Source: Vicinamibacterales bacterium (GTDB lineage: Bacteria; Acidobacteriota; Vicinamibacteria; Vicinamibacterales; UBA8438). Taken from it: DNA of 64,000 nucleotides. A program made the position numbers and the translations under genes. The stretch covers positions 2,037,045 to 2,101,044 of the forward strand of contig OZ253664.1 in assembly GCA_965263195.1 (NCBI GenBank), written 5' to 3'. Below, piece by piece: positions 28,882 through 36,852 of the stretch (position 1 is its first letter; the number at the start of each line of letters is the position of its first letter). The notes under the pieces were generated by a model. That model was not told the origin of the DNA. It was given only the letters and a program-made list of their open reading frames with translations, and made no database searches.

Positions 28882-29535
28882 ATGGCGGATCGAGACACTC
28901 GGCGTATACGGTGCGCGGTACTGCTTACCGGTCTCGCATTGCTTCTCATACATGCCATGCCAGCCACAGCCCAGAACCGCATGCCTCCGATACCGGAGGA
29001 CCAGATGACGGCGGAGCAAAAAGCGGCCGTCGAGGAATTCAAGCGCGTACGCCAGCGGCCGAATATCAGCGGACCGTTCGTGCCCCTGCTCAGAAGCCCC
29101 GAGATGCTGAGCCGCGCCCGCAACGTCGGCGACCATGCCCGCTTCAACACCGTGCTCCCGCCACGGCTCAGCGAGATGGTCATCCTCATGACGGCGCGCC
29201 ACTGGACGCAGAACTACGAGTGGGCGGCTCATGCCCCGATCGCCGAGCGGGAAGGGCTCGCGCCGGGGGTGATCGCCGCGATCGCCGACGGCCGGCGGCC
29301 GGCGTCGATGGCCGACGACGAGGCGGTGCTCTACGACTTCTGCACCGAGCTGTATCACACGCAGGGCGTGAGCGACGCCACTTACGCCCGTATGGTGTCG
29401 GAGTTCCAGGAGATCGGCGTTATCGACACCATCGGCATCATGGGCTACTACTCGATGCTGGCGATGGTCTTGAACACCGCGCGCACGCCGCTGCGGGAAG
29501 GCCAGACGCCGGGCCTCAAGCCGTTTCCGCGCTAG
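28882..29535 (+). CDS. carboxymuconolactone decarboxylase (AhpD-like) family protein, secreted
   Basis: ATG at 28882, 6 nt after GGAGG (the ATG at 28876 is also possible). Signal peptide; ..LPPRLSEMVILMTARHWTQNYEWAAHAPIA.. Confidence 0.75.
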   Translation: MADRDTRRIRCAVLLTGLALLLIHAMPATAQNRMPPIPEDQMTAEQKAAVEEFKRVRQRPNISGPFVPLLRSPEMLSRARNVGDHARFNTVLPPRLSEMVILMTARHWTQNYEWAAHAPIAEREGLAPGVIAAIADGRRPASMADDEAVLYDFCTELYHTQGVSDATYARMVSEFQEIGVIDTIGIMGYYSMLAMVLNTARTPLREGQTPGLKPFPR

Positions 29536-29588
29536 CAGCTTGCAGCCCGGCGCCCTCAGAGCGCGTCGCGGAACTATACTGGCTGCCC

Positions 29589-31187
29589 ATGAATGAACGG
29601 CTGGTTCGCCACGCCGCCTGCACCGCCGCTGCGGCGCTGCTGCTTGCCGCCGGCGCCTGCGGAAGCGCCCCCGGCGAGGCCGGCGCCGCCGCGCAGGCCA
29701 CGTCCTGCGCGCGGCTGATCGATCTCCACCTGCCCGACACCACCATCACGCACGCCGCGCCCGCGGCGGCGGACGGATTCACCCCGCCCGGCGGATCTTC
29801 GGCGCTGGACGCGCCTGCGTTCTGCCGCGTCACCGGCGTCATCGCGCCGGCCATCAACTTCGAGGTGTGGCTGCCGGCCGCGGACTGGAACGGCAAGTTC
29901 CAGGGGATCGGCAACGGCGGGATGGCCGGGTCGATCCGCTTCGACCGGATGGCGACGGCGCTCGACCGGGGCTACGCCGCGGCCGCCACCGACACCGGCC
30001 ACGTCGCACAGGGCAGCGTATTCGATGCGACCTGGGCGTTCGGCCGGCCGGACCTGATCGAAGACTTCGGCCACCGCGCGCTCCACCTGACGACCGTGAA
30101 CGCCAAGGCCATAACCGAGGCGCATTACGGCCGGCCGCCGGCCTACTCCTACTACGTCGGCTGCTCCAAGGGCGGCCAGCAGGGACTGATGGAGGCGCAG
30201 CGCTACCCGCAGGACTACGACGGGCTGATCGCCGGCAACCCGGCGCACGACTGGACGAGCTTCTATGCCGGCGCGCACCTGTGGTACTCGCAGGCCACGC
30301 TGGCCGATCCCGACAGCTACATTCCGGCCGACAAGCTGCCGCTTCTGGGCGACGCCGTGAACGGCGCCTGCGATGCGCTGGACGGGATAGAAGACGGCGT
30401 CCTGGACGATCCGCGCGCCTGTGACTTCGATCCGGCGGAGCTGACGTGCTCGGCCGGCCAGGATCCGGCGACCTGCTTCACGCCAAGACAGGTGGAAGCG
30501 GTCCGCGCCATCTGGTCGGGCGGCAGGAACGCGGCAGGTGAGCGCGTGTACCCGGGACTCGTGCCGGGCGGCGAAGCGACACCGGGCGGATGGGACCGCT
30601 GGATCAGCGGACAAGCGCCCTTCACCAGCCTGCACTGGCTGGCGGCCGAGGGATTCTTCCGCAATCTCGTCTTCGACGACCTTGAGTGGAACTTCCGCAC
30701 GTTCGACTACGAAGAAGACCTGGCCTTCGCGCTCGGGAAGGTGGGCGCAGCGCTCGACGCGGTGGATCCCGACCTCAGGCCGCTGCGCGACCAGGGCGGC
30801 AGGCTGATCGTCTACCACGGCTGGAGCGATGCCGACATCTCGCCGCTCGGGTCGATCGACTACTACGAGGACGTCGTCTCCGTCGTCGGCGACGGCCGCG
30901 CCCACGAGACGGCGCTGGCGGACACGCGGGAGTTCTTCCGCCTGTTCATGGCGCCCGGGATGGGCCACTGCGCCGGCGGGCCCGGCCCGAGCCGGTTCGA
31001 CGCGCTGACCGCGCTGGAGCAGTGGGTGGAGGAGGGCAAGGCGCCGGATCGGATTGTCGCCTCGCGAGTGACCGGCGGCGTGGTCGACCGCACGCGCCCG
31101 CTCTGCCCGTATCCGGAGGTCGCCCGCTGGAACGGCGCCGGCAGCACCGACGATGCGGCGAACTTCGTGTGCGTGAGGCCGGATTGA
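29589..31187 (+). CDS. tannase/feruloyl esterase family alpha/beta hydrolase (lipoprotein-like signal)
   Basis: ATG at 29589 inside ORF 28818..31187. LLLAAGAC, FCRVTGVIAPAINFEVWLPAADWNGKFQGIGNGGMAG, GYAAAATDTGH, GCSKGGQQGLMEAQRYPQDYDGLIAGNPA. Confidence 0.8.
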   Translation: MNERLVRHAACTAAAALLLAAGACGSAPGEAGAAAQATSCARLIDLHLPDTTITHAAPAAADGFTPPGGSSALDAPAFCRVTGVIAPAINFEVWLPAADWNGKFQGIGNGGMAGSIRFDRMATALDRGYAAAATDTGHVAQGSVFDATWAFGRPDLIEDFGHRALHLTTVNAKAITEAHYGRPPAYSYYVGCSKGGQQGLMEAQRYPQDYDGLIAGNPAHDWTSFYAGAHLWYSQATLADPDSYIPADKLPLLGDAVNGACDALDGIEDGVLDDPRACDFDPAELTCSAGQDPATCFTPRQVEAVRAIWSGGRNAAGERVYPGLVPGGEATPGGWDRWISGQAPFTSLHWLAAEGFFRNLVFDDLEWNFRTFDYEEDLAFALGKVGAALDAVDPDLRPLRDQGGRLIVYHGWSDADISPLGSIDYYEDVVSVVGDGRAHETALADTREFFRLFMAPGMGHCAGGPGPSRFDALTALEQWVEEGKAPDRIVASRVTGGVVDRTRPLCPYPEVARWNGAGSTDDAANFVCVRPD

Positions 31188-31191
31188 CCGT

Positions 31192-32826
31192 TTACGGAAC
31201 GGCGGCGTCGGTCACCAGGCGGTCGGCGCGCTCCTGCACGGTGCCGGGCACGCCGAGCCGCGTGTTGGCGCCCAGCTCGGCCAGCAGCTCCGCGGTTTCG
31301 GGAAACGCCTGGAACTGGAAGGACTGCTTGGAACCCTCCGCGAGACGGAACGGCGTGCGGCTACGGAAGTCCCGCGCATCGATGTCGGCGCCATGCATCA
31401 CGAGGTACTCCACCACCTCGTTCAGGCCACGGAACGCGGCGCCGTGCAGCGCCGTGAAATCGGCTTCGTTCACTGCGTTGATGTCGGCGCCCGCCGCGAG
31501 CAGCAGCTTCACGGCCGCCTCCGCACCGGGCGAGCGTGTGCCGCGCGTCTGATTCGGCCGGAACGTCGAGCGGCCGAGTCCGGCCGCCACCATGAACGGC
31601 GTGGTGCCGTCGTCCGTCGTCAAGCTCTGATCGGCGCCCGCGGCGAGCAGCGCCTGAATGACCGCTGCGCTGGCGCGGGCATGGCGCTCGGCATCGGCTC
31701 CGTCAGCGCGCCGGTAGAACCCGCTGCTGGCCGCCTCGAAGGCCGCTACCCACAGCGGCGTGGCGCCGCGCAGATTTCCGGTGCCGCACGCGAACCGCTC
31801 GAACGCCCCTTTCTTCGGGTAGCCGATGTACTCCATCAGCATGGCCGTGGTGCTGATCCGCCGGTTCGGATCGGCGCCGTGCAGCAGCAAGGCCTCAACC
31901 AGCGGCGGTCGGCGGTCAGCGTCGAGGTTTACCCGGCCGTTGTTGCGCCGGCCGCCCGACCTGCGGCTGGCGCCGTGCGCCCGGTCCCAGTCGATCAGCC
32001 AGCGATCGACGACACCCGCCGCAGCGTGCAGGGCTGAAACGCCGGCCATCGTGCCATTGGGGTCGGCGCCCCGATCGAGCAGGAATCGCGCGAAGTCGTC
32101 CTGCCCGTGGATGATCGCGAACGGCAGCGCGTGCGTCCCGTCCGAGCCGACGCCATTGACGTCGGCACCGGCCGCGAGCAGTAGCCGGGCCGTGTCGATG
32201 TCACCGTTGCGGACGGCCGTGAGCAGCGGCGTCATCCCCTTGGAGGTCGACACGTGCGCGTCGGCGCCGGCGTCGAGCAACGCCCCGACAATCACCCGGT
32301 GGGGCGCCGCCACGGCCCACATCAGCGCCGTGGCCCCCACCTCGGTCGTTGCCGCGTTGACGTCGGCGCCGTGCGTGAGGAGCGCGCTTACGACTTCAAG
32401 GTTTCCGGTGCGAGCCGCCACCATCAGCGGGGTGAGACCGTTCGCCTGGGAGGCGTCCGCGTCGGCGCCCGCATCCAGCAGGTGGTTGACGAGGGTCGGG
32501 CTGGCGTTTTCGGCGGCCCGGATCAGCGGCGTCACGCCGTGGTCATCCGCGGCGTTCGCGTCGGCATGGGCCGCCAGCAGCAGCTCGGCGGTCTCCAGGT
32601 CGTCCCGGTGGGCCGCCCAGAGCAGGGCGGTCACTCCGTCGGACCGGCGGGCGTCCACGTCGACCCCCTCGGCAATCAGCGTCCGCACCGCCGCGGCGTC
32701 CTGACGGGCCGCCGCGGCAACCAGCCGGAGGTCGGCTTCCGCCCCCGCAGCGGGCGCAGCCGTGGCCAGCATGCCTCCCAGTACGCCGATTACGGTTGTC
32801 CGCCGGATCACTTCGAACCTCACCAT
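31192..32826 (-). CDS. secreted ankyrin-repeat protein, paralog 1
   Basis: N-terminal hydrophobic signal (TVIGVLGGMLATAAPAAGA). Many ANK repeats (..GVTALLWAAHRDDLETAELLLAAHADANA..) and a conserved C-terminus FTALHGAAFRGLNEVVEYLV..RTPFRLAEGSKQSFQFQAFPETAELLA. Confidence 0.85.
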   Translation of the reverse strand: MVRFEVIRRTTVIGVLGGMLATAAPAAGAEADLRLVAAAARQDAAAVRTLIAEGVDVDARRSDGVTALLWAAHRDDLETAELLLAAHADANAADDHGVTPLIRAAENASPTLVNHLLDAGADADASQANGLTPLMVAARTGNLEVVSALLTHGADVNAATTEVGATALMWAVAAPHRVIVGALLDAGADAHVSTSKGMTPLLTAVRNGDIDTARLLLAAGADVNGVGSDGTHALPFAIIHGQDDFARFLLDRGADPNGTMAGVSALHAAAGVVDRWLIDWDRAHGASRRSGGRRNNGRVNLDADRRPPLVEALLLHGADPNRRISTTAMLMEYIGYPKKGAFERFACGTGNLRGATPLWVAAFEAASSGFYRRADGADAERHARASAAVIQALLAAGADQSLTTDDGTTPFMVAAGLGRSTFRPNQTRGTRSPGAEAAVKLLLAAGADINAVNEADFTALHGAAFRGLNEVVEYLVMHGADIDARDFRSRTPFRLAEGSKQSFQFQAFPETAELLAELGANTRLGVPGTVQERADRLVTDAAVP

Positions 32827-32925
32827 GCACCCCCCTGCAACGTCAACGAACCGGACGATACGCAGGCCGCGCGAGGGTCACCCTGACCTTCGCGTCCTCG
32901 AAATCGGACGCCGCGACCGTGCCCG

Positions 32926-34566
32926 TCAGGGAGAAGCGGTGTCGGTCACCGCGCGGTCGGCGCGTTCCTGCACCGTGCCGGGGACGCCCAGGCGGGTGTC
33001 CGCGCCCAACGCCGCCAGCAGCTCCGCCGTTTCCGGGAACGCCTGGAACTGGAACGACTGCTTGGAGCCTTCCGCCAGCCGGAACGGCGTCCGCCCGCGG
33101 TAGTCGCGCGCGTCCATGTCGGCTCCCTGCGCCACCAGGTATTCCACCACTTCGTTCAGGCCGCGGAACGCCGCGCCGTGCAGCGCGGTGAAGTCCGCCT
33201 CGTTGACCGCGTTGATCTCCGCGCCCGCTTCCAGCAGCACGCGCGTCGCCTCCTCGGCGCCGCGCGAGCGATTGCCGCGCGTCCAGTTCGGCCGGAAGGT
33301 CGAGCGGCCCAGGCCGGCGGCCACCATGAACGGGGTCGTGCCGTCGTCGGTCGCGAGCGACTGGTCGGCGCCGGCGTCAAGCAGTGTGCGCACGATCTCG
33401 GCGCTGCTCTCGACGCGATAGTTCTCCGAACCGGCCGCGCTGCTACGGTACGCACCCTCCGAGGCCGCGCCGAAGGCCGCCACCCACAGCGCGGTGGCGC
33501 CCCGCAGGTCGCCCGTGCCGCAGGCGAACCGCTCGAAAGCCCCCTTCTTCGGATAGCCGATGTAGTTCATCAGCATGGCGGAGGTCTCGATGCGCCCGTT
33601 CGGGTCGGCGCCGGCCGCCAGCAGCGCTTCGACGAGCGGGAGACGCTGCGCTGCCGTCAGGTAGATCCGCCCGCCGCTGGAACGGTAGCGGCTGACATAG
33701 CGCGCGTCGCCGTGCCGCTGGTCCCAGCCGGAAAGCCACGTGTCGACGTTGCCCGCGGCGGCGGCCATCGCGGGGATGCCATCGATGCGCGTGTTGGGGT
33801 CGGCCCCCTCCCGCAGCAGGAACAGGACGAAGTCATCGTGACCATCGACAATGGTGAACGGCAGCGGGTAGGTTCCGTCCGCGCCCGGCTGGTTGACGTC
33901 CGCGCCAGCCGCGATCAACAGCCGCGCCATCTCGATGTCGCCGTGCTGCGCCGCGGTCAGCAGCGGCGTCATCCCCTTGGCGGTCGACACGTGGACGTCG
34001 GCGCCGGCGGCAATCAACGCCTCGGCAATTGCGGGGTGCGGCGCCGCCACGGCCCACATCAACGCCGTGGCGCCGATCTCCGTCGTGGCCGCGTTGACAT
34101 TCGCGCCGTGCTTCAGGAGCGTGCGGACGAGGTCCGTATTGCCGGTGCGGGCCGCCACCATCAGCGGGGTGAGGCCGTTCGCCTGGTCGGCGCTCGCGGC
34201 AGCGCCCGCGGACAGCAGCAACTCGGCCAGCGCCACGCTCGCGTTCTCGGCCGCGCGGATGAGCGGGGTCACGCCGTGGTCGTCGGCGGCATTCGCGTCG
34301 GCGCCCGCCGCCAGCAGCAGCTCGGCGGTCTCGATGTCGTCCCGGTGCGCCGCCCACAGAAGGGCGGTCACCCCGTCGGGCCGGCGGGCGTCGACATCGA
34401 CCCCCGCGTCGATCAGCGTCCGCACCGCCGCCGCATCCCGCCGCGCCGCGGCGGCTACCAGTCGGAGATCGGGTTCCGCGGCCGGGACGGCGGCGACCGC
34501 CGCGGCAAGCATGCCCGCCAGAACGCCGATCCACGTCGCGCGCCGGATGTCTGTGGCCCTCACCAT
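32926..34566 (-). CDS. secreted ankyrin-repeat protein, paralog 2
   Basis: ATG at 34566 chosen by analogy with paralog 1 (MVRATDIRRATWIGVLAGML). Colinear with paralogs 1 and 3. Confidence 0.85.
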   Translation of the reverse strand: MVRATDIRRATWIGVLAGMLAAAVAAVPAAEPDLRLVAAAARRDAAAVRTLIDAGVDVDARRPDGVTALLWAAHRDDIETAELLLAAGADANAADDHGVTPLIRAAENASVALAELLLSAGAAASADQANGLTPLMVAARTGNTDLVRTLLKHGANVNAATTEIGATALMWAVAAPHPAIAEALIAAGADVHVSTAKGMTPLLTAAQHGDIEMARLLIAAGADVNQPGADGTYPLPFTIVDGHDDFVLFLLREGADPNTRIDGIPAMAAAAGNVDTWLSGWDQRHGDARYVSRYRSSGGRIYLTAAQRLPLVEALLAAGADPNGRIETSAMLMNYIGYPKKGAFERFACGTGDLRGATALWVAAFGAASEGAYRSSAAGSENYRVESSAEIVRTLLDAGADQSLATDDGTTPFMVAAGLGRSTFRPNWTRGNRSRGAEEATRVLLEAGAEINAVNEADFTALHGAAFRGLNEVVEYLVAQGADMDARDYRGRTPFRLAEGSKQSFQFQAFPETAELLAALGADTRLGVPGTVQERADRAVTDTASP

Positions 34567-34628
34567 GCGCCTCCCTGCAACGGCAGCGAACCGGACGATA
34601 CGGCGGCCGCGCACACCGCGGCCAGCAA

Positions 34629-35075
34629 TCAGTCTCCCGACCAGCGTTTCAATCTGAACGTGTCGGCGGCTGCGGGGTCGGGCTCGCGGTAGGTATCGTG
34701 GCACGCCTGGCAGGCCGTGTCCACCGCCTTCAGCGCCGCACCGACAGCCGCCGGGTCGACCGTGAGCTCCGACAGCGCCACGTCGAGCGCGTCGAGGCGG
34801 CGGGTCGCGTCGCGCAACATGCCGACTGCATCGTCGCGACTGTTCTTGCGCCAGAAAACGATGGTGGGCGACAACTGCTCCCGCGCGCGGGTCACCCTGA
34901 CCTTCGCTTCCTCGAAGTCTCCCGCCTCGACCATGCGGGTCAGCAGCGAGAACTGCCGCCCGACGCCCTTCATCGCCTCATCGAGATCGTCGGCGCTGAA
35001 GAGCGGATATTCCTGGGCCGGCGCCACGCCAACCATGCACAACACCACCGCCGCCGTCAAAGTCAGATATCGCAT
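34629..35075 (-). CDS. cytochrome c' (class II c-type cytochrome)-like protein
   Basis: ATG at 35075 (the track start at 35081 is TTG). Signal peptide, helical composition and a single C-terminal heme motif CQACH. Confidence 0.65.
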   Translation of the reverse strand: MRYLTLTAAVVLCMVGVAPAQEYPLFSADDLDEAMKGVGRQFSLLTRMVEAGDFEEAKVRVTRAREQLSPTIVFWRKNSRDDAVGMLRDATRRLDALDVALSELTVDPAAVGAALKAVDTACQACHDTYREPDPAAADTFRLKRWSGD

Positions 35076-35081
35076 TTCCAA

Positions 35082-36707
35082 TCAGGGAACCGTCTCGTCC
35101 GCGACCGCGCGGTCGGCGCGCTCCTGCACCGTGCCGGGCACGCCGAGGCGCGTATTGGCGCCCAGCTCGGCCAGCAGCTCGGCAGTTTCCGGGAACGCCT
35201 GGAACTGGAACGACTGCTTCGATCCCTCCGCCAGTCGGTACGGTGTCCGGCCGCGGTAGTCGCGCGCGTCGATGTCGGCGCCGTTCGCCACCAGGTAATC
35301 CACCACTTCATTGAGACCGCGGTACGCCGCGCCGTGCAGCGCGGTGAAGTCCGCTTCGTTGATCGCGTTGATGTCCGCACCCGCCTCCAGGAGCACCCGC
35401 ACCACCGCCTCGGCGCCCTGCGAGCGGAAGCCGCGCTTCAGGTTCGGCCGAAAGGTGCACTGGCCGAGGCCGGCCGAGGCCATGAACGGCGTCGTACCGT
35501 CGTCGATCGCCAGCGACCGATCGGCGCCGGCAGCCAGCAGGCGCTCGATGACCGCGGCCTGGTGCCTGGCGTTCTCCATGCTCACCGCTTCGGGCACCGG
35601 CACGTACCCCTGGCCATTGGCGTCGTGGGCCGCCACCCAGAGCGGCGTGGCGCCGCGCAGGTCGCCGGTACCGCACGAGAACGACTCGAACGCCCCCTTC
35701 GTGGGATGGCCGATGTAGTTCATCAGCATAGCCGAGGTGGTGATCCGGCCGTTCGGGTCGGCGCCCGCGTCGAGCAGCGCCGCGACGAGCGGAAGGCGCT
35801 GAGCCGGTGTCAAATAGATGCGGCCGCCCCCGGCGCGCGCCCGGACGGCATATTGCGCGCCGCCGTGCTCGCGGTCCCAGTGGAACGACCAGGCGTCGGT
35901 GTTGCCAGCGGCGGCGGCCAGCGCCGGGATGCCTCCGATCGTCACGTTCGGGTCGGCGCCCTGCTCAATCAGGAACAGCGCAAAGTCGGCATGGCCATCG
36001 ACGATGGCGAACGGCAGCGGGTACGTTCCGTCGGCCCCCGGCTGGTTTACGTCCGCGCCGGCCGAGATCAGCAGCCGCGCCATCTCGATGTCGCCCTGCT
36101 GCGCCGCGGTCAGCAACGGCGTCATGCCCTTCGTGGTCGATACGTCGACGTCGGCGCCGCTCTCCAGCAACCGCTCCACAATGGCGCGGTGCGGCGCTGC
36201 GACGGCCCACATCAGCGCCGTGGCCAACGTTCCGGCAGTCGAAGCGTTGACGTCCGCGCCGTGCGCCACGAGCGCCCGGACGACGTCGATACTGCCGGTG
36301 CGCGCCGCCACCATCAGCGCCGTCAGTCCGCTCCTCTGTGCGGCGTTGGGATCGGCACCGGCCGCCAGCAGCCTGTCGACCGTGGCGATACTGGCATTCT
36401 CGCTCGCCCGCATGAGCGGCGTCACGCCGTAGTCGGCGGCGGCGTTCACGTCGGCGCCGGCATCGAGCAGCAACTCGACCGTCTCCTGGTCATCCCAGTG
36501 GGCGGCCCAGAGCAGCGCCGTCGCGCCGTCGGCCCGCCGGGTGTCGACGTCCGCGCCCGCTCCCAGCAACTGCCTGACGGCGGCCCCGTCCTGCCGGGCC
36601 GCGGCATCCACGAGCCGGAGGTCCGGAGTCGCGGCCGCCAGCCCGACAACCACCGCCAGCGAGAAAGCGACACAGGCTCCCGTCTTCCGGGTGTTCACGC
36701 CTGCCAT
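35082..36707 (-). CDS. secreted ankyrin-repeat protein, paralog 3
   Basis: ATG at 36707 (MAGVNTRKTGACVAFSLAVVVGLAAA). Colinear with paralogs 1 and 2. Confidence 0.85.
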   Translation of the reverse strand: MAGVNTRKTGACVAFSLAVVVGLAAATPDLRLVDAAARQDGAAVRQLLGAGADVDTRRADGATALLWAAHWDDQETVELLLDAGADVNAAADYGVTPLMRASENASIATVDRLLAAGADPNAAQRSGLTALMVAARTGSIDVVRALVAHGADVNASTAGTLATALMWAVAAPHRAIVERLLESGADVDVSTTKGMTPLLTAAQQGDIEMARLLISAGADVNQPGADGTYPLPFAIVDGHADFALFLIEQGADPNVTIGGIPALAAAAGNTDAWSFHWDREHGGAQYAVRARAGGGRIYLTPAQRLPLVAALLDAGADPNGRITTSAMLMNYIGHPTKGAFESFSCGTGDLRGATPLWVAAHDANGQGYVPVPEAVSMENARHQAAVIERLLAAGADRSLAIDDGTTPFMASAGLGQCTFRPNLKRGFRSQGAEAVVRVLLEAGADINAINEADFTALHGAAYRGLNEVVDYLVANGADIDARDYRGRTPYRLAEGSKQSFQFQAFPETAELLAELGANTRLGVPGTVQERADRAVADETVP

Positions 36708-36852
36708 GGGGCCATTCTCAGCCAAGCCTCGATTTCTGTTGTGCGATCCTTGCTCCACGGTTGATATTATATGTGCGGAGTCATTTTCAACTGCGCAACC
36801 ATTTTCGTATGCCGGCCGGAACCCGGAAACCTGTGTCCGTGGTAGCCAGCTC

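Noticed and set aside
24712-28882. Long minus-strand ORFs 24712..26823 (703 aa) and 27125..28882 (585 aa), and plus-strand ORFs 24840..26069 and 26983..28518
   Set aside because: They are antisense or out of frame relative to well-supported genes (PQQ propeller, metallophosphoesterase, HIBADH-family reductase). Their composition is Arg/Pro/Gly-dominated.
33178-36764. Plus-strand ORFs 33178..34692 (504 aa) and 34698..36764 (688 aa) opposite the ankyrin genes
   Set aside because: They are mirror frames of the ANK repeat genes. There are no recognisable domains, whereas the minus-strand products have clear ANK consensus repeats.
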